A DNA stretch of 64,000 bases from Candidatus Omnitrophota bacterium (GTDB lineage Bacteria > Omnitrophota > Gorgyraeia > Zapsychrales > JANLHA01): positions 1,824 through 65,823 of the forward strand of contig JBBRHV010000005.1 in assembly GCA_038222225.1 (NCBI GenBank). Reading direction: 5' to 3'. This document shows positions 21,557 to 30,845 of the stretch, piece by piece (position 1 is the first letter of the stretch; each line of letters begins with the position of its first letter). Below the pieces are notes generated by a model that did not search any database, was not told the DNA's origin, and saw only the letters and a program-made list of their open reading frames with translations. A program made the position numbers and the translations under genes.

Positions 21557-23587
21557 ATGAAGATCAGTTTAGATTGGATCAAAGATTATGTTTCGTTCAA
21601 CATTCCAGTGTCGGACCTTGTCCATAAACTGACCATGGCCGGGCTCGAAGCGGAAAAAATTGAAACTGTCGGAAAAGACACGGTCATTGAATTTGAGATC
21701 ACGCCCAACCGGCCGGATTGCCTAAGCATGGTCGGCATTGCGCGGGAGATCGCTGCTGTGTTAAAAAAACCGTTAAGTTCACCGAAATTCGCGCGAAGAA
21801 CTTTACCGGACAAGAAAAGCGATGTTGCTATTGAAGCGGCCGACGTGTGTAAGCGATATATCGGCGCTCTCATTGAGGGCGTTTCTGTCGGACAATCTCC
21901 GGCTTTGATCAGAACGCGGCTGCAGGTGCTGGGGAACCGGCCGATCAGCAATATCGTGGACATCACAAATTATTGTTTGTTTGAATTGGGGCATCCTTTG
22001 CATGCCTTTGATTATGATAAGCTCAAAGGCGGCAAGATCATTGTCCGCTACGCGCGCCGGGGAGAAACGATCGTGACTCTTGACGGACAAAAGCGCGAGC
22101 TGGACCCGTCGGTTCTGGTGATCGCCGATGAAGAGCGGCCGGTAGCGTTGGCTGGGATCATGGGTGGGGCGAACAGCGAAGTCACTTCTTCCACCACGAG
22201 AATTTTACTGGAAAGCGCCTGGTTTGATCCGGTGCTGATCCGTCGAACTTCGCGAAAGCTGGGAGTCTCCAGCGACTCGTCGTACCGTTTTGAGCGGGGC
22301 GCGGCGTATGACAATGTGCAAACCGGGGCGCGGCGCGCCATGGATCTGATTTTGGAACATGCCGGCGGGAGCGTTAAAGCTTATAAAGATGTGCAAAAAG
22401 CAGGCGCAGTGAAAAAGAGCTCGTCCATTCTCATGAACGTTTCGGAAGTGAACGGGTTTTTAGGGGCCAAACTTCCGGCCGCGGAAATGAAAAGAATTTT
22501 AAAAGCTTTGGGGTTTCAGGTGGCGGCGTCTTCTAAGAGCGCGCTGCGGGTCACGCCTCCGGGCTTTCGCGCGGATATTCGTTTGGTCGAGGATTGTTAT
22601 GAAGAGATCGCGCGGGTTGTGGGATACGACAAACTGCCGTCTTCTTTGCCGCTGGTCACCATTACTTCGATGTGTTCCAATGAGCGTCGGAAAAAACGGG
22701 CGGTGGTTTGTGAGGCGCTGTTAAAGCAGGGCCTGCAGGAAATTTTAACGTACAGCATGGTGAGTCGGGACGCGAATGGAAAAAGCGGCTGCACGGATTT
22801 ACGGGCAATGTCCATTCTAAATCCTCTGTCGCAGGAGCAGGAAATGATGCGGGCCAGTCTTTTGCCGAGCTTTTTGACGGCCATCGTGAAGAATATGAAT
22901 CACGGGCAAAAAGACCTGCAGATTTTTGAGGCCGGAAAGGCCTACCTGCCCGGAGGAGAGAAAGAGCGCTTGGCTCTGGCCCTCACCGGACTCGCCAGGC
23001 ACGGTTGGAGAGACGAGCAAAAGGCAACCTGTGATTTTTTTGACCTGAAAGGGGCGGTGGAGCAGGCCTGTGCTGCGCTGAAGCTGGAGCCGCCGGCCTT
23101 TGTGGAACTGAAAGACGCCAGGTTTGAAGAAGGACAGGCGGCTGCGGTTTGGCTCGGCAAAAAGAATATCGGTTCAGCCGGGCGCCTGAAGGCAGACATC
23201 CTTAAGGTCTGGGACGTGAAGGCTGAGGAGGTTTTTTTCGCGGAATTGGATCTAGAGGCGCTCTACGCGCTCAAGCCAAAGCCGGCAGTCTATGTTCCGC
23301 TTGACCAGTTTCCGGCGGTGACCAGAGACGTGAGCTTGGCGATTGAACAAAAGATTTCCTTTCAGAGCGTTAAAGAGGTGATCGCTTTCCTAGACATGAA
23401 GATCCTCAAGGACATTCTTTTTAAGGAAGAATATGTTGGAGAAAAGATACCGGCCGGATGCCGAGGCGTGGTTTTTTCTGTTGTGTATCAGGCTCAAGAG
23501 CGGACGCTGACGGAAACCGAGGTTGAAGGCGCTCATCAGCAGCTGTTGGCTGCCCTGATTCAAAATTTAAAGGCCATCATTCGTTAA
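21557..23587 (+). CDS. pheT: Phenylalanyl-tRNA synthetase beta subunit (short form)
   Basis: Start MKISLDWIKDYV. It has B3/B4, B5 and C-terminal FDX-ACB-like regions. About 676 aa, so the N-terminal EMAP-like tRNA-binding domain appears absent. Confidence 0.93.
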   Translation: MKISLDWIKDYVSFNIPVSDLVHKLTMAGLEAEKIETVGKDTVIEFEITPNRPDCLSMVGIAREIAAVLKKPLSSPKFARRTLPDKKSDVAIEAADVCKRYIGALIEGVSVGQSPALIRTRLQVLGNRPISNIVDITNYCLFELGHPLHAFDYDKLKGGKIIVRYARRGETIVTLDGQKRELDPSVLVIADEERPVALAGIMGGANSEVTSSTTRILLESAWFDPVLIRRTSRKLGVSSDSSYRFERGAAYDNVQTGARRAMDLILEHAGGSVKAYKDVQKAGAVKKSSSILMNVSEVNGFLGAKLPAAEMKRILKALGFQVAASSKSALRVTPPGFRADIRLVEDCYEEIARVVGYDKLPSSLPLVTITSMCSNERRKKRAVVCEALLKQGLQEILTYSMVSRDANGKSGCTDLRAMSILNPLSQEQEMMRASLLPSFLTAIVKNMNHGQKDLQIFEAGKAYLPGGEKERLALALTGLARHGWRDEQKATCDFFDLKGAVEQACAALKLEPPAFVELKDARFEEGQAAAVWLGKKNIGSAGRLKADILKVWDVKAEEVFFAELDLEALYALKPKPAVYVPLDQFPAVTRDVSLAIEQKISFQSVKEVIAFLDMKILKDILFKEEYVGEKIPAGCRGVVFSVVYQAQERTLTETEVEGAHQQLLAALIQNLKAIIR

Positions 23588-23598
23588 AGAAATTCCTC

Positions 23599-23626
23599 CT
23601 GGCGCCCAGTGGTGGCGCTTTTCTGC
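23599..23626 (+). terminator. Rho-independent terminator after pheT
   Basis: Stem ggcgcc/ggcgc with loop cagtggt, followed by ttttct. Confidence 0.7.
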
Positions 23627-23646
23627 GGTTGTGATATAATACAATT

Positions 23647-23803
23647 CCCTGCGGTGCTCGTTAGGACTATTATAAACGAACCAATGCAATGACTATGGGA
23701 GCTTTACTTCTGACTGTCCCTTGGGGCAGCTAGGGAGGCACCCACTTGGTGAACCCGGTTCGCCTATGTCAGTAGTCCGACGGCATTTGCGGGGATTTTT
23801 TAT
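23647..23803 (+). ncRNA. Candidate ~155-nt structured sRNA or leader with its own extended -10 promoter (tgaTATAAT at 23632-23640)
   Basis: There is a promoter immediately after the pheT terminator. The 5' end (ccctgcgg) can pair with the 3' end (ttgcgggg), which is followed by attttttat. I recognise no protein-coding frame or riboswitch/RNase P/tmRNA signature. Confidence 0.25.
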
Positions 23804-23968
23804 GATTTGACGCCTTGATTCATCCCGGATTTCCGCGGTGAATCATCCTGATTCCTTCGATGCGGTGTTTTACTCAGGGCGGTGACCACGACCTCGGCAG
23901 AACGCCGAAGGAATCAACGGGGTTGCCTCGAAAAGGAAAGGCCGCGGGCGTGTCCGTGTGAATCCAAT

Positions 23969-25339
23969 ATGAACACAAAAAAAACAAAAACCAGCACAGA
24001 AACAGCTTCAGCGGATCTGTTTGAAGAAGAGCGAGAAGCCCGGATCTTTCAAACACGGCCGCTGAGCGTGCGCATGCGCCCTCAAACGCTGGACGAATAT
24101 GTGGGCCAAAACCATATTCTCGGCGAAGGAAAGCTGCTGACCAGGGCCATTGAGTCGGACCGGATCAGCTCTCTGATTTTATACGGACCTCCCGGCACAG
24201 GAAAAACGACCCTTGCTTATTGTATCAGCCGGCGAACGGACGCGGTGTTTGAACGGGTCAACGCCGTAGCGTCCAACGTCGAAGAGCTGCGCAAGATCAT
24301 TGCCGCGGCCCAGAATCGCAGGGCCAATTCCGGACACCGGACCATTGTGTTCATTGATGAAATTCACCGTTTCAATAAAGCCCAGCAGGATGTTCTGATG
24401 CCGGACGTTGAAAACGGAAATATTGTTTTGATCGGTGCCACCACCATGAACCCATTTTTTTCTTTAGTCAGCCCCTTGTTGTCACGGTCCTTGGTCTTTG
24501 AGTTGGAACCTCTTTCTCCACAGGATATTCTGGCATTGCTCAAGAGGGCTCTTTCGGATCAACAACGCGGGCTGGGCCAGATCAGCATTCAGGCCGATGC
24601 GGAGGCCTTAGAATTTCTCGCCGAAGTCGCAGACGGCGATGCCCGTCGGGCATTAAATGCTTTGGAAATCGGATGTTTAACAACCCCTCCAAGTAAAACC
24701 GGGGAACGGCATTTTTCTATTGAAGAGGCTCAAGCATCGATTCAGACAAAGCAAGTCCGTTATGATAAAGACGGCGATGCGCATTATGATACGATTTCAG
24801 CTTTCATTAAATCCATGAGAGGCTCTGATCCGGACGCGGCCCTGTATTGGCTTGCCAAGATGATTTATGCCGGAGAAGACCCCAGATTTATTGCCCGCCG
24901 GATCTGCATTTGTGCTTCTGAAGATGTCGGCAACGCTGACCCGCAGGCGCTGGTTTTGGCAATCGCGGTTTTTCAAGCGGTCGAAACGCTGGGCATGCCG
25001 GAGGCGCGCATTCCGTTGGCACAGGCCGTTGTTTATGTGGCCTGCGCCCCAAAATCCAACGCATCTTATATTGGCATTGAAAAGGCCTTAGAAGATGTAA
25101 AGGCCAAAAGGGTTCAAGAAGTTCCGGTTCATTTAAAAGACGCCAGCTATCCGGGAGCCAAAAAGCTTGGTCATGGTCAGGGATATAAATATGTCCATGA
25201 CTACCAAGACCATTTTATTGATCAAGTTTATATGCCGAAAGACGTGCATTATTACGATCCGACTGAGCAGGGTTATGAGGCTGAAATAAAGGAACGGCTA
25301 AATGGGCTAAAAAACACTAAAAATGACAAAAAAATGTGA
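23969..25339 (+). CDS. rarA: Replication-associated recombination protein A (AAA+ ATPase RarA/MgsA)
   Basis: Walker A (GPPGTGKTT), Walker B (IVFIDEIHRFNK) and the MgsA C-terminal domain. Start chosen at MNTKKTK; the track ORF extends upstream from 23882. Confidence 0.9.
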   Translation: MNTKKTKTSTETASADLFEEEREARIFQTRPLSVRMRPQTLDEYVGQNHILGEGKLLTRAIESDRISSLILYGPPGTGKTTLAYCISRRTDAVFERVNAVASNVEELRKIIAAAQNRRANSGHRTIVFIDEIHRFNKAQQDVLMPDVENGNIVLIGATTMNPFFSLVSPLLSRSLVFELEPLSPQDILALLKRALSDQQRGLGQISIQADAEALEFLAEVADGDARRALNALEIGCLTTPPSKTGERHFSIEEAQASIQTKQVRYDKDGDAHYDTISAFIKSMRGSDPDAALYWLAKMIYAGEDPRFIARRICICASEDVGNADPQALVLAIAVFQAVETLGMPEARIPLAQAVVYVACAPKSNASYIGIEKALEDVKAKRVQEVPVHLKDASYPGAKKLGHGQGYKYVHDYQDHFIDQVYMPKDVHYYDPTEQGYEAEIKERLNGLKNTKNDKKM

Positions 25340-25484
25340 TTTTTGATGGTTTTTTTATAAAAGCCTTTGATGTATATTTCGAAAAATTCTGTTGAGAACC
25401 CAAGTCAAAAATGATACTATAATAATCAAATTAATACTTATAATCATATTAAATATGATTACGTGTACCTTTTGGGTGTCTTGA

Positions 25485-26042
25485 GTGTTGACTTTAAAAA
25501 AAGAAATAAGACAAAGAATTCTTGAGTTGTTGAAACAGCAAAAGGAGGAACAACGGCTTTTAAAAAGCCGCGCTATTGCAGAGCGAGTTGTCAAACTGCA
25601 AGAGTTTCAAAAGGCAAAAGTGATTGTGTTTTATGCATCGCTTGCAGGAGAGGTCGACACATTCGGCCTGATGAAGAAAGCGCTAGATTTGGACAAGGAT
25701 GTTGTATTGCCGTGTGTTTTGTCGGGTACGCATACATTGGAGTTCAGACGTATCCAAGACTTAGACAACGACTTAGAATATGGCCCCTATAATATTCAAC
25801 AACCAAACCGGAACAAAACCCAATCCATTCAACCTGAGTTGGTGGATCTTGTTATTGTGCCCGGCATTGCTTTTGATCGAAGCAACAATCGTCTTGGCCG
25901 GGGGGTCGGATACTACGATCGGTTTTTAGCAAACTTGTCTGCGGATGTCCCTAGCGTTGGTCTCGCGTTTGATTTTCAGATTCTGGAACGCTTGCCCACC
26001 GACCTTCATGATGTTCCTGTTCAACAGGTCATTTCTGCCTAA
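25485..26042 (+). CDS. 5-formyltetrahydrofolate cyclo-ligase
   Basis: 185 aa with the 5-FCL signature ([29 protein letters not shown]). Confidence 0.85.
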   Translation: MLTLKKEIRQRILELLKQQKEEQRLLKSRAIAERVVKLQEFQKAKVIVFYASLAGEVDTFGLMKKALDLDKDVVLPCVLSGTHTLEFRRIQDLDNDLEYGPYNIQQPNRNKTQSIQPELVDLVIVPGIAFDRSNNRLGRGVGYYDRFLANLSADVPSVGLAFDFQILERLPTDLHDVPVQQVISA

Positions 26043-26109
26043 ACAAATAAACGGTTTATTTTATTCAGACAAGGGTGAACCTTGTTTCTGTCATAGAGGG
26101 GAGTCTTAT

Positions 26110-27678
26110 ATGAACTTAGAAAACACGCATTTAGTTACAGCATTTGCATCATTCGCATTAGGAATTTGCTTAGGGATTTTATGGCGGACCTATTTCGCCA
26201 ACAAAAGGATTCGCAAGGCCGAAGACAAAGCCCGTAAGCTTACGGAATTTTCGGAACGTGAAGCGGAAGCGCATAAGAAAGAAGCAGAATTAGCAGGAAA
26301 AGACCTGCTGATCAAGCTGCGTCAGGATTTTGAAAAGGAAACAAAAACCCGGCGGGAAGAGCTGGTTGTGTTGGAAAAACGCCTGCATCAGAAAGAAGAA
26401 AACATTGAGAAGCGTGTTGATCTTCTGGAAAAGAAGGAAAAGGACATTGATTCGAGAGTCGGCGCCTTGCGCAAGGATGAAGAACGGAACAAGCTGCGCG
26501 ATCAAGATTTGAATAATTTGATTGAAGAAGAGAAAAAACGTTTGCAGGAGATCTCTTCGATGACATCCGAACAGGCCAAGGAGCTGCTTTTAAAGCGCAT
26601 GGATGAAGAAATCGTTCATGAAAAGGCGACCCGCTTGCGTCAGATGGAAGAGGACATCAAGGAGAACAGCGAAAAAACAGCGCGTCAGATTCTTACAACC
26701 GCTATTCAGCGCTGCGCTTCGGATCATACCGCCGAAACGACCTTGAGCGTGGTGCCTCTCCCTAACGATGAAATGAAAGGCCGCATTATCGGCCGTGAAG
26801 GGCGCAATATCCGGGCCCTTGAGATGGCAACGGGAGTGGATATTATTATTGATGACACGCCGGAGGCGGTTACGATCTCAGGGTTTGATATGGTTCGTCG
26901 TGAAATTGCCCGCATTGCGCTGGAAAAGCTCATAGCTGACGGGCGGATTCATCCCGGACGCATTGAAGAGGTTGTGGAAAAGGCCAAGCTGGAAATTGAA
27001 AAAATTATTAAAGAAGAGGGCGATAAGGCCGCTTTTGAGATGGGGATTCACCGTATGCATCCTGAGCTTCTTCGGCTGGTCGGAAAATTAAAATACCGCA
27101 CCAGTTTTGGTCAGAATGCACTGATTCATACCAAAGAGGTTGCCCGTATCATGTCTTTAATGGCCACCCAGCTTGGTTTTGATCCTAAAATTGCGCTTCG
27201 CGTCGGGCTTTTGCATGATATCGGGAAAGTCGTGTCTCAGGAAATTGAGGAAGGAACGCATGCTGTTGTCGGTGCGAACCTTGCGAAGAAGCATGGAGAA
27301 AATGAAGTGGTGGTCAACGCCATTGCCTCGCATCATGAAGAGGTCGAATGCAATTCGCTTTACGGTGTTTTACTTTGTGCGGCCGATGCGGTCAGCGCAT
27401 CCCGTCCGGGCGCCCGTGCGGAAACGCTGGATATTTATGTGAAGAGATTGGAAAGCCTGGAAAAAATCGCCAATGCGTTTAAAGGCGTCGAGAAGTCCTA
27501 CGCGCTTCAAGCCGGACGCGAGGTCCGTGTTTTAGTGGAACCGGGGAAGGTGAATGACGATGAAGCGATCGTGATGGCGCGTGATATTCGTAAGCGCGTT
27601 GAGCAGGAGCTGGAATATCCGGGGCAGATCAAAGTCATTGTGGTGCGTGAAACGCGAGCGATTGAATACGCGAAATAA
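26110..27678 (+). CDS. rny: Ribonuclease Y
   Basis: N-terminal TM anchor, a coiled coil, a KH domain ([15 protein letters not shown]) and an HD domain (LLHDIGK...HH). Start at MNLENTHL; the track ORF begins at 25945 in the same frame. Confidence 0.9.
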   Translation: MNLENTHLVTAFASFALGICLGILWRTYFANKRIRKAEDKARKLTEFSEREAEAHKKEAELAGKDLLIKLRQDFEKETKTRREELVVLEKRLHQKEENIEKRVDLLEKKEKDIDSRVGALRKDEERNKLRDQDLNNLIEEEKKRLQEISSMTSEQAKELLLKRMDEEIVHEKATRLRQMEEDIKENSEKTARQILTTAIQRCASDHTAETTLSVVPLPNDEMKGRIIGREGRNIRALEMATGVDIIIDDTPEAVTISGFDMVRREIARIALEKLIADGRIHPGRIEEVVEKAKLEIEKIIKEEGDKAAFEMGIHRMHPELLRLVGKLKYRTSFGQNALIHTKEVARIMSLMATQLGFDPKIALRVGLLHDIGKVVSQEIEEGTHAVVGANLAKKHGENEVVVNAIASHHEEVECNSLYGVLLCAADAVSASRPGARAETLDIYVKRLESLEKIANAFKGVEKSYALQAGREVRVLVEPGKVNDDEAIVMARDIRKRVEQELEYPGQIKVIVVRETRAIEYAK

Positions 27679-27682
27679 AATA

Positions 27683-27958
27683 GGGCACTGAGACACTATG
27701 TCACCAAGACACTAGAAAAGGAAAAAGATATAAAAATAAAACATGAAAAAGCGCAAACATGATGGATGCGAGACTTTAGTTTATAGGCGGGTTGATTTTT
27801 AAAGGTTGTTTTTTTTGTTGAGTTTTTTAGTGCTTTAGCATCTTTGTGTTTTTTTAGTGTCTTGGTGACATAGTGTCTTGGTTTTTATCTTGCGTGTCTT
27901 AGTGGCGAGTGTCGTGGCGTCTGGGTGTCGTAGTGTCTTGGGTTTTTAGTGTCTTCTA
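27683..27958. repeat. Iteron-like array of (A/C)GTGTC(T/G)T(G/A)G motifs, including a perfect 24-bp inverted repeat
   Basis: agacactatgtcaccaagacacta (27691-27714) is the exact reverse complement of tagtgtcttggtgacatagtgtct (27855-27878). Five further direct copies lie between 27893 and 27955, spaced about 8-21 bp (mostly about 16 bp) apart. Confidence 0.6.
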
Positions 27959-27970
27959 AGAGGTTTTTAA

Positions 27971-28777
27971 ATGATGAATATCCTTTGCATCGGAGATGTG
28001 GTCGGCAAGGCCGGGCGGCAGGTTTTGGAAGAAGAACTTCCAAAGCTGAAGGAGGAATTTGCGCTGGACGCGGTCATCGTCAATGCTGAAAATGCTGCCG
28101 GAGGATCCGGCCTTACGGAGAGAATGGCCAAACAACTTTTCCGCATCGGCTGTGACGCGATCACCCTCGGGGATCATGTGTGGGACCGGGAAGAGTTGCT
28201 TGAGTATTTGAAAGAGGAACCCCGCGTTTTGCGCCCGGCCAATTTCCCCGATGAGGTTCCCGGGGCAGGCTCGGTGGTGATCACGACACAGAAGGGCGTG
28301 CGCATTGGGGTGGTCAGTCTTTTGGGGAGGGTTTTTGTAAAGTATTACACAGAGTGCCCTTTCCGCACCGCGGAACGGCACATTGAGAAGTTGAAGAAGG
28401 AGACCTCGATCATTTTTGTTGATTTTCATGCCGAGGCAACCAGCGAAAAGATCGCCATGGGATGGTTTCTCGATGGAAAGGTGTCGGCTGTTGTCGGGAC
28501 GCATACGCATATTCAGACGGCGGATGAAAGAATTCTTCCCAAAGGGACGGCGTATATTACAGATTTGGGCATGACCGGCCCGTATGATTCGGTGATCGGC
28601 CAGAAGAAAGAAAAAATTATTAAACGGTTCTTAACTGGGCTGCCAGCCCGGTTTGAAGTCGCTAAAGATGATTCCGTTTTGCACGGCGTGATTGTTTCGC
28701 TGGATGAACAAAGCGGAGCTGCGCAGAAGATCATCCGTATACAAAGGAGGCTTGTATGTCTGCCTGGGAAGGACTGA
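27971..28777 (+). CDS. ymdB: YmdB-like metallophosphoesterase (2',3'-cyclic-nucleotide phosphodiesterase family)
   Basis: Conserved N-terminus (ILCIGDVVGKAGR) and GDHVWD, GTHTHIQTADERIL motifs. The rny-ymdB linkage matches that in Bacillus. Confidence 0.85.
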   Translation: MMNILCIGDVVGKAGRQVLEEELPKLKEEFALDAVIVNAENAAGGSGLTERMAKQLFRIGCDAITLGDHVWDREELLEYLKEEPRVLRPANFPDEVPGAGSVVITTQKGVRIGVVSLLGRVFVKYYTECPFRTAERHIEKLKKETSIIFVDFHAEATSEKIAMGWFLDGKVSAVVGTHTHIQTADERILPKGTAYITDLGMTGPYDSVIGQKKEKIIKRFLTGLPARFEVAKDDSVLHGVIVSLDEQSGAAQKIIRIQRRLVCLPGKD

Positions 28778-29139
28778 ACCGGAGAAAATTTCCAAGAGCC
28801 AAATATCCGTGTATGGTGACGATATGGATTGGGGCCGAGGATGAAGAGGTTTGTTTAACACATACAGAGAACCTGGGAATCGGCGGGGTCTGCTTGATTT
28901 TAAATCAGCGACTGGAAAGAACCGCCGAAGTCGGGCTTGAAATTGATCTTTTGGACTTAAAGGATCATGTGAAGTGCCGCGGAAAAGTGATGTGGGTGGT
29001 TGAGCGCAAGGGAAAAGACGCAAGCAGCCCGTTCACATATGATATCGGGATTGAATTTCTTAATATCGGCGAATTCGATCGCAGCCGTATTCAAGCGATT
29101 GTTAAGCGATTAGAAAAATACCCACAAAATCGGGCGTAA
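28756..29139 (+). CDS. PilZ-domain c-di-GMP-binding protein
   Basis: Contains an RxxxR motif (RRKFPR) and a D/NxSxGG-like motif (ENLGIGGV). It overlaps the ymdB 3' end by 22 nt. Confidence 0.7.
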   Translation: MSAWEGLNRRKFPRAKYPCMVTIWIGAEDEEVCLTHTENLGIGGVCLILNQRLERTAEVGLEIDLLDLKDHVKCRGKVMWVVERKGKDASSPFTYDIGIEFLNIGEFDRSRIQAIVKRLEKYPQNRA

Positions 29140-29143
29140 CGAA

Positions 29144-30421
29144 ATGACTATCAAGACACGATTTGCCCCAAGTCCAACCGGATTTTTGCATATTGGCGGG
29201 GCGCGTACAGCATTGTTCAACTGGATGTACGCACGTTCGCAGGGAGGGTGTTTTGTTTTGCGGATCGAAGATACCGATCAAGAACGGTCTAAGCGCGAAT
29301 ATCTCGATGAGATTGTGGACAGCATGGAGTGGCTGGGATTTGCCTGGGACGAATTGTATCAGCAAAGCGACCGTTTTGATCTGTATCGGCAGTATGCACA
29401 GAAGCTTTTAGATGAGGGCAAGGCGTATACGGATGGCCCGGCGGTGATCTTAAAAATCCCGCAAATGCAGCTTAAGTTTTTTGATTTAATTCGCGGCGAG
29501 GTTGAATTTAACTCGGAAACGATCAAGGATCAGGTTCTGATCAAATCGGATGGATCTCCAACGTATAGTTTTGCCTGTGTTGTTGATGATGCGCTGATGG
29601 AGATCTCGCATGTGATCCGCGGTGAAGATCACATTTCTAATACCCCTAAGCAGCTTGCGATCTATCAGGCCCTTGATCTGAAGCCGCCGAAATTTGCGCA
29701 CCTTCCTTTGATCATGGATGAAGAGGGCGGACGGATGTCCAAGCGCAGCGGCGCGACCGCGGTGAGTGATTACCGCAGGCAGGGATTTTTGCCGGACGCC
29801 TTGGTCAACTATCTGATGCTTTTAGGCTGGTCACCCGGGGACAATCAGGAAGTGATCTCTTTGCCGTCGGCTGTGAAAAAGTTTTCGATTAAAAAAGTCA
29901 ATAAGGCGGCGGCCGCGTTTTCGATGGACAAATTGAAATGGCTGAACGCGGAGTATCTCAAGACCATGCCGCTGGAACAACTCGTTGAATTTGTCGTTCC
30001 GTTTTTAAAGGAACGGGGCTGGATCGCGGAGGATTATGATAGAAACTGGATTTTAAATATTGTAGAATTATATAAAAGCCGGATGGCTGACATTGAAGAG
30101 TTTTTGGTCCGCACGGCCTATTTATTTCAGGAGGATTTTTCCGTGTCTGATGCGATGAAGGAAAAACAGCTCACCGTTGAGCAGACGGCTTGTTTTCCGG
30201 ATTTTGCGGAGAATTTAAAAAGAGTGGATCCGTTTTCAAAGGAATTGGTAGAACAGGCTTTTCGCCGTTGTGTTGAGGAACAGAATTTGAAAATGTCAGA
30301 GGCGGTTCATCCGGTCAGGGTCGCGTTGACCGGAAGCGATGTGGGGCCGGGCCTTTTTGAAACCATGGCGGTTTTAGGAAAAGAAAAAACATTGAAGAGA
30401 CTTCAGCTGGTAGGAGCATAA
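29144..30421 (+). CDS. gltX: Glutamyl-tRNA synthetase (short form)
   Basis: HIGH motif (PSPTGFLHIGGARTA) and KMSKS (RMSKRSG). At 425 aa it is shorter than the usual ~470-490 aa. Confidence 0.9.
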   Translation: MTIKTRFAPSPTGFLHIGGARTALFNWMYARSQGGCFVLRIEDTDQERSKREYLDEIVDSMEWLGFAWDELYQQSDRFDLYRQYAQKLLDEGKAYTDGPAVILKIPQMQLKFFDLIRGEVEFNSETIKDQVLIKSDGSPTYSFACVVDDALMEISHVIRGEDHISNTPKQLAIYQALDLKPPKFAHLPLIMDEEGGRMSKRSGATAVSDYRRQGFLPDALVNYLMLLGWSPGDNQEVISLPSAVKKFSIKKVNKAAAAFSMDKLKWLNAEYLKTMPLEQLVEFVVPFLKERGWIAEDYDRNWILNIVELYKSRMADIEEFLVRTAYLFQEDFSVSDAMKEKQLTVEQTACFPDFAENLKRVDPFSKELVEQAFRRCVEEQNLKMSEAVHPVRVALTGSDVGPGLFETMAVLGKEKTLKRLQLVGA

Positions 30422-30434
30422 CAAGGGGGCGGGC

Positions 30435-30578
30435 ATGAAACGATTTGTTTTCGCGGTTTTTTTATTGTGTTTTGTAACGGCGGGATGCGCGTCGGGCTCA
30501 GGCCAGAAAACGCCGCTGGAAAAGACAGTTGATGTGGTTGAGAAGGCCGATGCCTGGGTCCAGGAAAATTTATGGTAA
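30435..30578 (+). CDS. Small predicted lipoprotein (47 aa)
   Basis: MKRFVFAVFLLCFVTAGCASGSG..., a signal peptide with a lipobox (TAGC), preceded by the RBS gggggc. It is below the ORF-track size cut-off. Confidence 0.4.
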   Translation: MKRFVFAVFLLCFVTAGCASGSGQKTPLEKTVDVVEKADAWVQENLW

Positions 30579-30626
30579 AACGAAGTTGGGTTTGTTATTA
30601 TTGATCTTTCAATTCTGAGTATTTTT

Positions 30627-30697
30627 TGCCCTGTCGTTCAATGGTAGGACACGAGAATCTGGATCTCGGTATCATGGTTCGATCCCATGCGGGGCAG
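30627..30697 (+). tRNA. tRNA-Gln (CUG)
   Basis: Manual cloverleaf: acceptor tgccctg/cggggca, D-stem gttc/ggac, anticodon stem cgaga/tctcg with loop atCTGga, T-arm catggttcgatcccatg. No CCA is encoded. Confidence 0.8.
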
Positions 30698-30845
30698 TAC
30701 TTCATTTCGCGCCCCCCGGAAGAGGGACGCGAAATTATTTGACCCTCGTTTAAAAAAGAACCTGTGGGCGCACACGGGTTCGCCGGCCCTGCGAAGCAGG
30801 GAGCCCAGGCGGCGAAAAATGACTCTAACAAACAGTTGAGTTTTA

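Noticed and set aside
23640-23960. Possible tmRNA, RNase P RNA, cobalamin riboswitch or other known ncRNA family in the pheT-rarA spacer
   Set aside because: I found no tRNA-like acceptor/T-arm ends, no tag reading frame ending in a stop with an ANDENYALAA-like peptide, no RNase P P4 motifs, and no convincing B12 box. It is retained only as a generic sRNA/leader candidate.
25484-25503. Apparent frameshift in the poly-A run at the start of the 5-formyl-THF cyclo-ligase gene
   Set aside because: My manual reading of the A-run gave one extra A relative to the frame needed for [10 protein letters not shown]. The ORF track reports an intact 185-aa ORF, so I attribute this to a counting error on my side rather than a real disruption. 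It is worth confirming against read data.
27715-27854. MITE or small mobile element defined by the 24-bp terminal inverted repeats
   Set aside because: I see no target-site duplication, no transposase in the window, and I cannot count additional genome copies. The possibility is kept open within the repeat-array finding but is not called as a mobile element.
27850-27960. CRISPR array
   Set aside because: Repeat units are only about 9-10 bp with spacers of about 6-12 bp, and there are no cas genes nearby. This does not fit CRISPR architecture, so it is reported as an iteron-like array instead.
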